Source: Patescibacteria group bacterium
GTDB taxonomy: Bacteria; Patescibacteriota; Minisyncoccia; UBA6257; Colwellbacteraceae
DNA: 58,281 bases
Direction of reading: 5' to 3'
Assembly: GCA_023380305.1 (NCBI GenBank)
Contig: JAMCQZ010000006.1
Coordinates: 1-58,281, forward strand
Below, in pieces: positions 10,339 through 18,989 of this stretch. Position 1 is the first letter of the stretch; each line of letters starts with the position of its first letter. A model generated the notes under the pieces. That model had not been told where the DNA came from, searched no databases, and worked only from the letters and a program-made list of their open reading frames with translations. Made by a program: the position numbers and the translations under genes.

Positions 10339-12528
10339 ATGACTATCACCATTAACAGAAACGTGCTGATTGCAATTGTTATCGCTTTGATTCTGGTCGG
10401 TATTTTTTATTTGGCGAACAGGGCTAATTTGATCTTTCGCAGATTTTCGGCCACGGTGTTGTCGAGTCTCGAGGGAGGCGCGGTGACTGTGCCTCAAAAG
10501 ATTTCCAATCTGGTGGCTGTTTCCGGAAACGGAGCGGCTTCTCTTGCTTGGGCTGCGCCGGATAACGGAGGCAGTAAAATCACGAGCTACCGGATCTATC
10601 GGGGGATGTCGGTTAATGACCTGAACTTTTTGACGACCGTGGACAATGAATCTTTCGCCGATTCGAGGTTGCAGAACGGCACGACCTATTACTATAAGGT
10701 GGCCGCCGCAAACGTTATGGGCGAAGGCCCGATGTCCGAAACGGTTGATGTTTTGCCGAGCGCGAACGGTCAAAAACCGGTTACGCCTCCGCGCGATGAC
10801 GGATCGTCTATCACCATTCCGGGCGCGATCAACAGCCTTGCGGCCGTGGCCGGAAACAATATGGTTTCTCTCGCTTGGTCTGCTCCGTATAATAACGGCG
10901 GCAGTTCGATCGCGAGTTATAAGGTTTATCGCGGAACCTATTCCGGCGGCGAAGCCTTTTTGGCGAGGGCCAACAACACTACTTTTTCCGACTACAACGT
11001 CGTAAATGGCACAACCTATTATTACAAAGTATCGGCCGTGAACGCCAAAGGCGAAAGCCCGTATTCGAACGAGGCTTCGGCCAATCCGATTGTTTGGACC
11101 ACTCCGGTAATCATCTCCAATCAGGCGCCGGTTTTGACCGGTTCGGCCGGAGATGCGCAGACGTTTCTTTCCTGGTCCTTCCAAGGGAACAGCCCGGTCA
11201 GTTATTACAAGATCTATCGCGGAAGCTATCCGGGCAGTGAGTCTTATTATGTGACCGCAAATTCGACAAGCTATACCAACACCGGTCTTCAAAATGGCGC
11301 GACTTATTACTACCGCGTTTCGGCGATGACCGCCTTCGGGGAGAGTTCTCTTTCCCAGAGCGTGGTTTTGACTCCTTATTCCACCTGGAATAACTATCAG
11401 TACCAGACTCCGAACGCGGTTTCGGGGTTGAACGCTTACGGAAACAATAACCGGATTGTTTTGAATTGGTCCTATTCTGGCCCGGCTGTCAGCGGTTACC
11501 GGATCTACCGCGGCACCTATGCTGGCGGCGAATACGCCATCGCGACAAGTTATTCGGTGAGCTACGAGGATCACGGCGTTTCTTCCGGCCATACTTATTA
11601 TTACCGCGTTTCCGGGCTCAATTCTTACGGAGAAGGGCCGTTGTCGGCCGCGATTTCGGCGACGATGCAATCTTCCCAGAATCCCGCCTCGAACGTTCCC
11701 GGACAGATCACCAATTTGTCCGCCCAAAACAACGGAGGCTACGCCTACCTGAGTTGGAGCGCGCCCCAGGACGGCGGAAGCTACATCCAGCAATACAGGA
11801 TTTATCGAGGGGCTTCTTCGTCGAACGATTCTTTGATTGCGACCACCCAATTTAACAATTACACCGATTCTGGCGTTTCTTCCGGCCACACTTATTACTA
11901 TCGCGTGAAAGCCGTGAACGCCGTCGGCGAAAGCGGTTTCTCGAACCAAGCTTCGGTTACCATTCCTTCGCGGATTTCGTATCATGATGACGATGGTTAT
12001 ACACCTTCGTATCCGAGCGAGTATGTGAGGATCACGAGCGTCAATCCTTCGTCGATAACTGCGGGCAAAACTTTTTCGGTGAGTTGGGACGCTTCATCCA
12101 ACTTCCAAGGGTGTCGCGTTTGGTTCCAAGGGACGAACGCCATTAATCCGAGCCTTCCGAGAAATGGTAGCACTAGTTTTTCCACTTCCGGCATCGCGGC
12201 CGGGTCTTATGAAGTCGGTGTAAGATGCTTCCGCTCTCATGAGATCGGTTCGATGTCGAATTACAATGAGGATGATTATATGACTAATCCTGCTTACAAT
12301 AATGTTGGTTTGCGAGCCTCTTCGATTGTGACGGTTACGGCGGTTCAGGCTTCGGCTTCAAGCCTTTTGGCTCGGGGATCGTTTACCTGCGCCTGCAACA
12401 ACGGTTCGGTCAGCGGACTTTTAGCCGAAGGCGTGGAATGCCGCTTTGTCGGCGGTCCGGAGGCCTGTCTTAGCAAATGCGATTCTAAAGGCGGTTGGAC
12501 CGGCGGATTCACTTGCGTGAACGCTTAA
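10339..12528 (+). CDS. Membrane-anchored protein with five fibronectin type III repeats and a Cys-rich C-terminus
   Basis: Start reassigned to 10339, downstream of the promoter. N-terminal helix, five L.W..P/S...Y.IYRG...Y..R/KV.A.N..GE repeats, and a terminal segment with 6 Cys. Confidence 0.85.
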   Translation: MTITINRNVLIAIVIALILVGIFYLANRANLIFRRFSATVLSSLEGGAVTVPQKISNLVAVSGNGAASLAWAAPDNGGSKITSYRIYRGMSVNDLNFLTTVDNESFADSRLQNGTTYYYKVAAANVMGEGPMSETVDVLPSANGQKPVTPPRDDGSSITIPGAINSLAAVAGNNMVSLAWSAPYNNGGSSIASYKVYRGTYSGGEAFLARANNTTFSDYNVVNGTTYYYKVSAVNAKGESPYSNEASANPIVWTTPVIISNQAPVLTGSAGDAQTFLSWSFQGNSPVSYYKIYRGSYPGSESYYVTANSTSYTNTGLQNGATYYYRVSAMTAFGESSLSQSVVLTPYSTWNNYQYQTPNAVSGLNAYGNNNRIVLNWSYSGPAVSGYRIYRGTYAGGEYAIATSYSVSYEDHGVSSGHTYYYRVSGLNSYGEGPLSAAISATMQSSQNPASNVPGQITNLSAQNNGGYAYLSWSAPQDGGSYIQQYRIYRGASSSNDSLIATTQFNNYTDSGVSSGHTYYYRVKAVNAVGESGFSNQASVTIPSRISYHDDDGYTPSYPSEYVRITSVNPSSITAGKTFSVSWDASSNFQGCRVWFQGTNAINPSLPRNGSTSFSTSGIAAGSYEVGVRCFRSHEIGSMSNYNEDDYMTNPAYNNVGLRASSIVTVTAVQASASSLLARGSFTCACNNGSVSGLLAEGVECRFVGGPEACLSKCDSKGGWTGGFTCVNA

Positions 12529-12544
12529 TCTAAAAACGATTTTT

Positions 12545-12575
12545 AAAAAACTCCCGAGCAAATCGGGAGTTTTTT
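12545..12575. terminator. Bidirectional intrinsic terminator
   Basis: A6-CTCCCGA-gcaaa-TCGGGAG-T6 between the convergent FN3 and cupin genes. Confidence 0.85.
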
Positions 12576-12586
12576 AAATATGTCGC

Positions 12587-12988
12587 TTATTCCGTTGTTT
12601 TGCCGTCAAACTCCGGAGCGTCGGCTACGGCTTCCGCCTTGGTCGGTCTGACCACCCCGTCCTTATGATGAGCCGGGGAATAAATGGTGTAGAGCTTCAA
12701 CATTTCCGTTTCGGAAACATTGACGATGTTGTGCTCTGATCCGGCGGGAACAATAACCGCATCGCCGTTTCCGATATCATAGACGTTTCCGTCGATGATC
12801 GCCTGGCCCTTGCCGGCTTCGAACCGGAAGAATTGATCGTTGTCCGGATGGGTTTCCATGCCGATATCTTCTTTCGGCTGGAGAGCCATCAACACGAGCT
12901 GACTATGGGGAGCGGTATAAAGGACCTGGCGGAAATTATTGTTTTCGAGAGTCAGCTTCTCGATATTGTTTTTAAATCCTTTTTTCAT
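12587..12988 (-). CDS. Cupin domain protein
   Basis: NFRQVLYT..HSQLVLM, IGMETH...DQFFRFEAG.G, VIVPAGSEHNIVN, KLYTIYSPAHH. Confidence 0.88.
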   Translation of the reverse strand: MKKGFKNNIEKLTLENNNFRQVLYTAPHSQLVLMALQPKEDIGMETHPDNDQFFRFEAGKGQAIIDGNVYDIGNGDAVIVPAGSEHNIVNVSETEMLKLYTIYSPAHHKDGVVRPTKAEAVADAPEFDGKTTE

Positions 12989-13060
12989 GATTTAATTTTA
13001 TTAAACCAAAATCATCTGGCAAGCCGGTCGTAGTGGAAAAACTCCTTAACTTTATAAAAG

Positions 13061-13147
13061 CGGAGAGGGCGAGATTCGAACTCGCGATACCCTTTCGGAT
13101 ATAACAGTTTTCAAGACTGTCGCCTTCAACCACTCGGCCACCTCTCC
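13061..13147 (-). tRNA. tRNA-Ser(UGA)
   Basis: Minus strand GGAGAGG...ACAGT-ctTGAaa-ACTGT, long variable arm, GTTCGAATC T-loop, CCTCTCCG end; CCA not encoded. Confidence 0.95.
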
Positions 13148-13243
13148 CGAACTCTTTTTAGCTTATATTTGAAGGGCTTTGTTTACAAGCCAGCCGTATT
13201 TGTTTTTCTTCAATAATCATTTACAATAGACATTGTTTAAAAC

Positions 13244-13316
13244 GGGCCTATAGCTCAGTTGGTAGAGCGCTTCTATGGCATAGAAGAGGCAAGGGGTTCG
13301 AATCCCCTTAGGTCCA
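13244..13316 (+). tRNA. tRNA-Ala(GGC)
   Basis: GGGCCTA/TAGGTCC acceptor stem with G3:U70; CTTCT-atGGCat-AGAAG anticodon arm. Confidence 0.95.
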
Positions 13317-13376
13317 CAAAGAAAATTTGGTTATTGTCCGGGTCGTCAAAACCGGCTATTATAACCTTGATCCTTC

Positions 13377-13448
13377 GGGCCCGTAGCTTAGTGGTAGAGC
13401 GCCACATTTGCAATGTGGAGGTCATCGGTTCGAGTCCGATCGGGTCCA
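13377..13448 (+). tRNA. tRNA-Ala(UGC)
   Basis: GGGCCCG/CGGGTCC acceptor stem with G3:U70; CCACA-ttTGCaa-TGTGG anticodon arm. Confidence 0.95.
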
Positions 13449-13462
13449 CAAGAATCAAGTTT

Positions 13463-13552
13463 GGAGGGTTCGCATAGTGGTCTAGTGCGCCGCACTCGAA
13501 ATGCGGTTTCCCGGAAACGGGATCACAGGTTCAAATCCTGTACCCTCCGCCA
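13463..13552 (+). tRNA. tRNA-Ser(CGA)
   Basis: GGAGGGT/ACCCTCC acceptor stem, CCGCA-ctCGAaa-TGCGG anticodon arm, long variable arm, encoded CCA at 13550-13552. Confidence 0.95.
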
Positions 13553-14169
13553 TGGATGAGAAATTGAAAGATATCCTTGATTTCTTCGAACAAAGCTCGG
13601 GTTTAAAAACAACTGCGAGGTACGTTCGTTTGAAAAATAATGAGCAAGAATCGAGCGCCGCGCATTCTTGGCAGCTTAGCCTGATGGCGCCGATCATAAT
13701 AGATTTTTTGAAATTGAATTTGGACGTCGCTAAAGCCGTTAACTTGGCTATAGTCCACGATTTGCCGGAGGCGATTACCGGAGACATCGACGCCGTTAAA
13801 GTGGCGGATAACATCATTTCTAAAGAACAAAAACAAACGCTCGAAAAAAATGCTATTTCTAAGTTATCCGCAATTTTACCGGATCAGTTAGGTAAGATAA
13901 ATTTTAGCCTTTGGAGCGAATATGAGGAGGCTAAAACAGCCGAAGCCAGATTTATCAAAGCTCTAGATAAATTAGAGACGACTTTCCAGATGGCGAGGAC
14001 CTGTCTCAATTGCGACCGTCCTGATTTTCTTGTCACTTATCCGGACAAGGCGGTTCGCAACTTTCCCGAGCTTTTGCCGTTGCTTAAAGCGGTGAAATTA
14101 AGATTAAAGACAGGATTTCAAGAATCTGGCCTGGAGTGGAAAGAGGAGTTTAATTACGGGTTAGACTGA
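13552..14169 (+). CDS. HD-domain protein (YfbR/HDDC2-like 5'-nucleotidase family)
   Basis: LKTTARY, ESSAAHSW, AIVHDLPEAITGD, FIKALDKLE. Start placed at the first Met after the tRNA (MDEKLK). Confidence 0.85.
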   Translation: MDEKLKDILDFFEQSSGLKTTARYVRLKNNEQESSAAHSWQLSLMAPIIIDFLKLNLDVAKAVNLAIVHDLPEAITGDIDAVKVADNIISKEQKQTLEKNAISKLSAILPDQLGKINFSLWSEYEEAKTAEARFIKALDKLETTFQMARTCLNCDRPDFLVTYPDKAVRNFPELLPLLKAVKLRLKTGFQESGLEWKEEFNYGLD

Positions 14170-14189
14170 TTATTTGCTAAAATAGCCAC

Positions 14190-14684
14190 ATGAATGAACC
14201 GGAATTAAGGAATGCCACGCTTGTATTCTTGATAAAAAGATCCGAGGAAGGGGTCTCTAATATTTGTTTGGCGATGAAAAAGCGGGGTTTCGGGATGAAT
14301 AGATGGAATGGAGTCGGCGGCAAAGTAATCGCCGAAGAAACGATCGAAGAGGCGGCGAAAAGGGAAGCTAGAGAGGAAATCGGGGTTTCTGTAAACGATC
14401 TTCAAAAAATCGCCGAGCTGTCTTTTTATTTTCCCCATAATCCGGCGTGGGACCAGAGGGTTCATGTTTATTTTTCCGAGACTTGGGAAGGCGAGCCGGC
14501 GGAAAGCGAAGAGATGAATCCAAAATGGTTTTCTTTTGATGAGATACCTTTCGAAAATATGTGGCCGGACGATATCTTCTGGCTGCCGGAAGTGATTAAA
14601 GGCAAGATGCTTAAGGCGATGTTTAAGTTTGGAGAGAACGACATTGTGGAAGACAAAGAGATAAATATTATCGAAGGGTTCTAA
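14190..14684 (+). CDS. NUDIX hydrolase, MTH1/NUDT1-like (oxidised purine dNTP sanitiser)
   Basis: LAMKKRGFG..RWNGVGGK, Nudix box ETIEEAAKREAREEIG, SEEMNPKWF, MWPDDIFWLP. Confidence 0.85.
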   Translation: MNEPELRNATLVFLIKRSEEGVSNICLAMKKRGFGMNRWNGVGGKVIAEETIEEAAKREAREEIGVSVNDLQKIAELSFYFPHNPAWDQRVHVYFSETWEGEPAESEEMNPKWFSFDEIPFENMWPDDIFWLPEVIKGKMLKAMFKFGENDIVEDKEINIIEGF

Positions 14685-14776
14685 TATAACTAAGAATATT
14701 AAGTATAAATTAACATCGGAGAATCGATTTTAAGGTCCCCGTGGAGAACAGTCGATAATTTAAAATAAATCGGTTT

Positions 14777-15385
14777 ATGCGGAAGGTTCTCGAACATTTT
14801 CAAAAATACGACTCCAAAATTTATCCGTATCTTAAAAACGTCCCCGGATTGGAGCGGCTTAATCGGAGACGACCAAACGAATATTTCGGTCGGCTTTGCC
14901 GGGCCATTATTTTTCAGCAGATTTCCGGTAAAGCCGGAGACGCCATTTTAAAGAAATTTCTGGCGTTGTTTCCGGGAGGAAGGGCGACTCCCAAAAGAAT
15001 TTTATCGCTTTCCGACACCGTGTTGAGACGAGCCGGCGTTTCTCCTCAAAAATCGAAATATTTGAAAAGCCTGGCCGAGCATTTTGCTTCCGGACGCATG
15101 AAGACAAAAAAATTCGAGAGTCTTTCCGACGAAGAAATAATCTCCGAGCTTGTTAAGGTAAAGGGCATCGGCCGCTGGACAGCCGAGATGTTTTTGATGT
15201 TCACCCTGGGGAGGGAAGACATTTTTTCTCCGGGCGATCTCGGCCTTAAAAAAGGGCTGATGAAGGTTTACGGGCTTAAAGAATATCCGTCGGAGAGGCG
15301 GACAGCCGATATTATCAGGCGTTGGTCTCCGTACAAAACCTACGGCTGCCTCGCATTATGGCACAGCAACGATAAAAAGGATTAA
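14777..15385 (+). CDS. DNA-3-methyladenine glycosylase II (AlkA, HhH-GPD family)
   Basis: AIIFQQISGKAG, HhH motif LVKVKGIGRWTAEM, catalytic Asp region PGDLGL, WSPYKTY. Confidence 0.9.
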   Translation: MRKVLEHFQKYDSKIYPYLKNVPGLERLNRRRPNEYFGRLCRAIIFQQISGKAGDAILKKFLALFPGGRATPKRILSLSDTVLRRAGVSPQKSKYLKSLAEHFASGRMKTKKFESLSDEEIISELVKVKGIGRWTAEMFLMFTLGREDIFSPGDLGLKKGLMKVYGLKEYPSERRTADIIRRWSPYKTYGCLALWHSNDKKD

Positions 15386-15439
15386 TTTCCCGGCGGCTTG
15401 TGTTATACTTAATTCAATAAAGTCAGTCTTTTAATCGCC

Positions 15440-17452
15440 ATGAGCAAAATAAAAACAGGGAGTTTTGCCGCGAACGCCGGAGCTTCTAACCGGGGTCGGA
15501 GGGGATTCACTTTAATGGAGCTTCTGGTCTATGTCGGAGTTTTTTCGGTGGCCTCAGTCTTTCTCACAAATATTCTATTGACGGTGACGAATATCAGCAG
15601 CCGGGAATCGGCCTCGAGAGAGGTTTCTTCCCAGCTCGATACGACGCTTGAAACCATTCAGCAATTGATCCAGCAATCGAGCACCATCGAGTCGGCCACG
15701 GGTTCGACTTTAAAACTCAGGATGTCCGATCCGGCCAAAGATCCGACTTGCATCACCCTGGAGTCCGGCGTGATTAAAATCGCCCAGGGGCCGGGCACTC
15801 CGGCAGACGAATGCTCGACGACGAAGACCGATCTTACCACCAGTAAAGTGGTGGCCGACTCGTTGGCCTTCACCAAAATCGATAATATCCAGTATTCAGA
15901 AACAGAAGGAAAGGATCTGGTTGGCCATTCGGTCGTCAACATCGATATGGCCATGACATACAACACCTCCAATCCGAAATACGAGATCTCGCGGACCCTG
16001 TCTTCCGCTATCGGCCGCGTGTCGGCCGCGACTTTTGATTCGGATTTGCTGCCCGATACGGCCAATACGCGGAGCATCGGTACAAGCGCCTTGAAGTGGC
16101 AGAATTTGAACGTGAACGGAACAGCCTATTTCGCCGGTTCCGTCGGCATCAATGTTTCTACACCAGCCCAAAAGCTTGATGTAAACGGCAGTATCAAACA
16201 AGGGAAGATCGTTCTTTGGGCTGGCGCCATCGGAACCTTTGATCGGGTTGCCGATCAGGTCGCCTATATCAATTTCGGGGACATCGGCTGGCTCGGTTCG
16301 GTCGAAATCAACATCACCGGAGGGTGGAACTACAGTCCGGCTTTTGGAGCGCTCACTAAAAGATTTTCTTTCTATCACGCCGCGGCAGGCACGTCTTACA
16401 GCAACTATATTTCGGAAGTGACAGCGGCTTCTGGCCCGGTGGCGACCAACTACGCGATAGGCGAGCTGGAAATTTACGAAACTTCTAAATTAAGGATCCC
16501 AATTTATCAGGTGAACGACGCGGCATCGAACACGCTCTACACCACGATCAAGATTTTTTCGACTAACGCCGACACTATGGCAAATGCCATCACCATTACC
16601 GCTCCGGCCACGGTTACCAACACTTACACAAGAAACAATGTTTCTTTTATGGACACAAGCGTGGGTATCGGGACGAACAGCCCGGCATACAAATTGCATG
16701 TTTATAGCGCGGCGGGCGGGACAGGTTCAACTATACTTGTCGGAGCAGGCACGAGCGGAAACGCGCAACTGGTGCTGGATTCCGCGAACGGAGACGGCGC
16801 TGGAGCCGACTATTATCTATTGGCCCATAACAGAGCGGACAATAATTTGAATATCGGATACGGAGGAGCGAGCAATCTAGTTATAACTAGCGATGGCAAG
16901 GTCGGTGTCGGAGCAGCGCCCGGATACAAACTGGACGTGGTAAGCGGAGGAGCGACTACCGCCCGTTTCGGTAGCGCCGCCGGAGATACGGTGGTTGTGG
17001 GCGGTGGGTCTGGTAAATTGACCGTCGGAACGGTCGACCCGCTTTTCAACATCGATGGAAGACAATATGCCACTTATACGCCTGGCATGACCGGCGTCAA
17101 AGAGGAGACGGCCGGAGTCTTGGCCTTGGATAATATGGGCAACGGCCGTTTGTCCGCGGAAATCGATTTCGGGGCCGCGGAGAACGGTTCCGACCTTTGG
17201 ATTTTCCGCAATGTGACCGATTTCGGGGATGATTGGGAAAATCTTGGAGTCTTGCTCACGCCGGGATTTATCGGAAGGGTTTCTTACAAAAAAGATATTC
17301 GTAACAATCGTATTATCATCACCGGCGACGCCAACGAGACGGTCAGCGACTTTGAGGTTTCCTATCGCCTGACTGCTCCGAGATTCGATCATCTGGATTG
17401 GCCGAACATTCCTCTTAATACGGAACCGGGGATCGGCTTAAAGGTCAGATAA
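15440..17452 (+). CDS. Type IV pilin-like protein with a long tail-fibre-like C-terminal extension
   Basis: Class III signal RRG|FTLMELLVYVGV, followed by three VGI/VGV..P..KL(D/H)V repeats. Confidence 0.8.
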   Translation: MSKIKTGSFAANAGASNRGRRGFTLMELLVYVGVFSVASVFLTNILLTVTNISSRESASREVSSQLDTTLETIQQLIQQSSTIESATGSTLKLRMSDPAKDPTCITLESGVIKIAQGPGTPADECSTTKTDLTTSKVVADSLAFTKIDNIQYSETEGKDLVGHSVVNIDMAMTYNTSNPKYEISRTLSSAIGRVSAATFDSDLLPDTANTRSIGTSALKWQNLNVNGTAYFAGSVGINVSTPAQKLDVNGSIKQGKIVLWAGAIGTFDRVADQVAYINFGDIGWLGSVEINITGGWNYSPAFGALTKRFSFYHAAAGTSYSNYISEVTAASGPVATNYAIGELEIYETSKLRIPIYQVNDAASNTLYTTIKIFSTNADTMANAITITAPATVTNTYTRNNVSFMDTSVGIGTNSPAYKLHVYSAAGGTGSTILVGAGTSGNAQLVLDSANGDGAGADYYLLAHNRADNNLNIGYGGASNLVITSDGKVGVGAAPGYKLDVVSGGATTARFGSAAGDTVVVGGGSGKLTVGTVDPLFNIDGRQYATYTPGMTGVKEETAGVLALDNMGNGRLSAEIDFGAAENGSDLWIFRNVTDFGDDWENLGVLLTPGFIGRVSYKKDIRNNRIIITGDANETVSDFEVSYRLTAPRFDHLDWPNIPLNTEPGIGLKVR

Positions 17453-17463
17453 AAGACAACAAT

Positions 17464-18954
17464 ATGCGTATTTCAAAGAAGATTGATGTCGTTAAAATAG
17501 CCGCCATCGCGGTTTTGGTCGTCGTGGCCGTAATCAGCCTAGTCGTTATTTTAAACGTCCGGTCGTCGGCAGGCCCGCATCAAGCGGAAAATCGGACCGC
17601 TGCCGGCGCGCAGCATAAACGCCCTATTCTTCCTTCGGGTCGTCAAGTCTACCGGATCAGCCAAGCGGCCGAAACTTGGCCCAAGTTCATTCAAGCGACC
17701 CTCGATCCGGTTGACGTTCATGTCGGAGACACCCAATTTCTGTCGGTGATTGTCGAAGACGAGGCCGCGATCGTTTCGGTTGAAGCCAAAATCGAGACCG
17801 ATAACGGCGAGCTGACTCTGCCACTTACATACAGCGAACCAGCCAAAGTGCTTTTGGTTCCTCTCGGAAAGATCGCTCTGGCGGAAGAATCCGCCAAAAC
17901 TTCGTTATACGAAGGATCGTGGAAGGTGAAAGATACGCATGACATCACTTATCACACCACTTTTGTTGCCAAGGACGTTTTGGGTCGCGAGAGCTCCATC
18001 ACGCTTGCTTGGAGCGACGCTTGCGGCATTCCGTTCGGGGGAAACGTTACTCTAAGCTCCAATTGCACGATTTCGGCTGTTGACGGTGTGGATAACGGCA
18101 GCCTGACCATTACCGCCGGCACAACCCTAACATTGAATGCCGAATTCGTTTTTAATTCCGGCAAGACCATTACCATCAACAATGGCGGAGCGATCGCGTT
18201 CGGCGCCGGAGGAGTTCTTAGAAAAACCAATCTTTGGATGATCGATGCCGATAGTGATAACTATCCGAATAGTACGAATCAAATTGCTTCAGACACGGCG
18301 CCAGCGAACGGAAGGAGGCGTTATCTTTTAAACGCGACGGGCATCGATTGCAATGATGCGAATATTTCTATTTATCCTGGAGTGGTTACCGGATCCGGAT
18401 CGTGTTCGTGCTCTTACTCTTCAACCTGCGATGAGTCGGCGAGCGGCACTTTGGACAACACGACGTGCAACAGCGACGGAACGTATACTGGAGGAGTCAG
18501 TTCTTGCACGTGTACGCGAGATAGAGATGGCTATACGTGTGGCACGACTTATATCTGCGGTGATTATATAAGCCATCCTCCCTATACTCATAGATTTTCC
18601 GTCCCTCTGACTTGCGCCGCCGGAGTCTGTAACGCGACCAACTGGGCGGCGGCAACGGATTTGGGATGTAGCACATCTTGTACCGGATGTTGCAGCACCA
18701 GCGACTGCGCGTCGACTGCTTGGTGCAATACCGTGTGGGAATGCGATGCCTGCAGCAACTTGGCGTCGGCTTGCGGCGGCGGAACCCCATGCAATACCTG
18801 CAGCGGCGTTTCAAAGCCGTGGTATTGCGATTGTTCCGGCTACACTTCCACCTCCCATTGCAGCGGATATCAGTTCGTGAGCAGCGTTCAAAGATGCGGC
18901 ACTTGCGGATGTTCAGCCGGAACAACCTGTCAGGGAGACGGCACCTGTCTTTAA
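17464..18954 (+). CDS. Membrane-anchored surface protein with a beta-rich core and a very Cys-rich C-terminus
   Basis: N-terminal transmembrane helix, D.D.D.Y and DCND..IYPG motifs, and 30 Cys counted in the last 202 residues. Confidence 0.75.
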   Translation: MRISKKIDVVKIAAIAVLVVVAVISLVVILNVRSSAGPHQAENRTAAGAQHKRPILPSGRQVYRISQAAETWPKFIQATLDPVDVHVGDTQFLSVIVEDEAAIVSVEAKIETDNGELTLPLTYSEPAKVLLVPLGKIALAEESAKTSLYEGSWKVKDTHDITYHTTFVAKDVLGRESSITLAWSDACGIPFGGNVTLSSNCTISAVDGVDNGSLTITAGTTLTLNAEFVFNSGKTITINNGGAIAFGAGGVLRKTNLWMIDADSDNYPNSTNQIASDTAPANGRRRYLLNATGIDCNDANISIYPGVVTGSGSCSCSYSSTCDESASGTLDNTTCNSDGTYTGGVSSCTCTRDRDGYTCGTTYICGDYISHPPYTHRFSVPLTCAAGVCNATNWAAATDLGCSTSCTGCCSTSDCASTAWCNTVWECDACSNLASACGGGTPCNTCSGVSKPWYCDCSGYTSTSHCSGYQFVSSVQRCGTCGCSAGTTCQGDGTCL

Positions 18955-18989
18955 TTTGGCTTATGGCGGCTGGATCCGGCCGCGCTGTT

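Noticed and set aside
10252-11985. 577-aa antisense ORF over the FN3 gene
   Set aside because: It is codon-aligned with the sense gene, so it stays open simply because TTA, CTA and TCA codons are avoided. The product is Arg-rich with no recognisable motif.
13259-13817. Short ORFs overlapping the tRNA cluster, and the 13501 start for the HD gene
   Set aside because: They lie across clear tRNA cloverleaves; the 17-residue extension is tRNA sequence.
14167-14169. Alternative genetic code (UGA as Gly, as in Gracilibacteria)
   Set aside because: TGA acts as a normal stop here and at 29307-29309, and conserved genes have no in-frame TGA.
10339-18954. Diversity-generating retroelement targeting the surface proteins
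   Set aside because: No reverse transcriptase in the window, and no near-identical repeat pair differing only at adenines. A remote element cannot be excluded.
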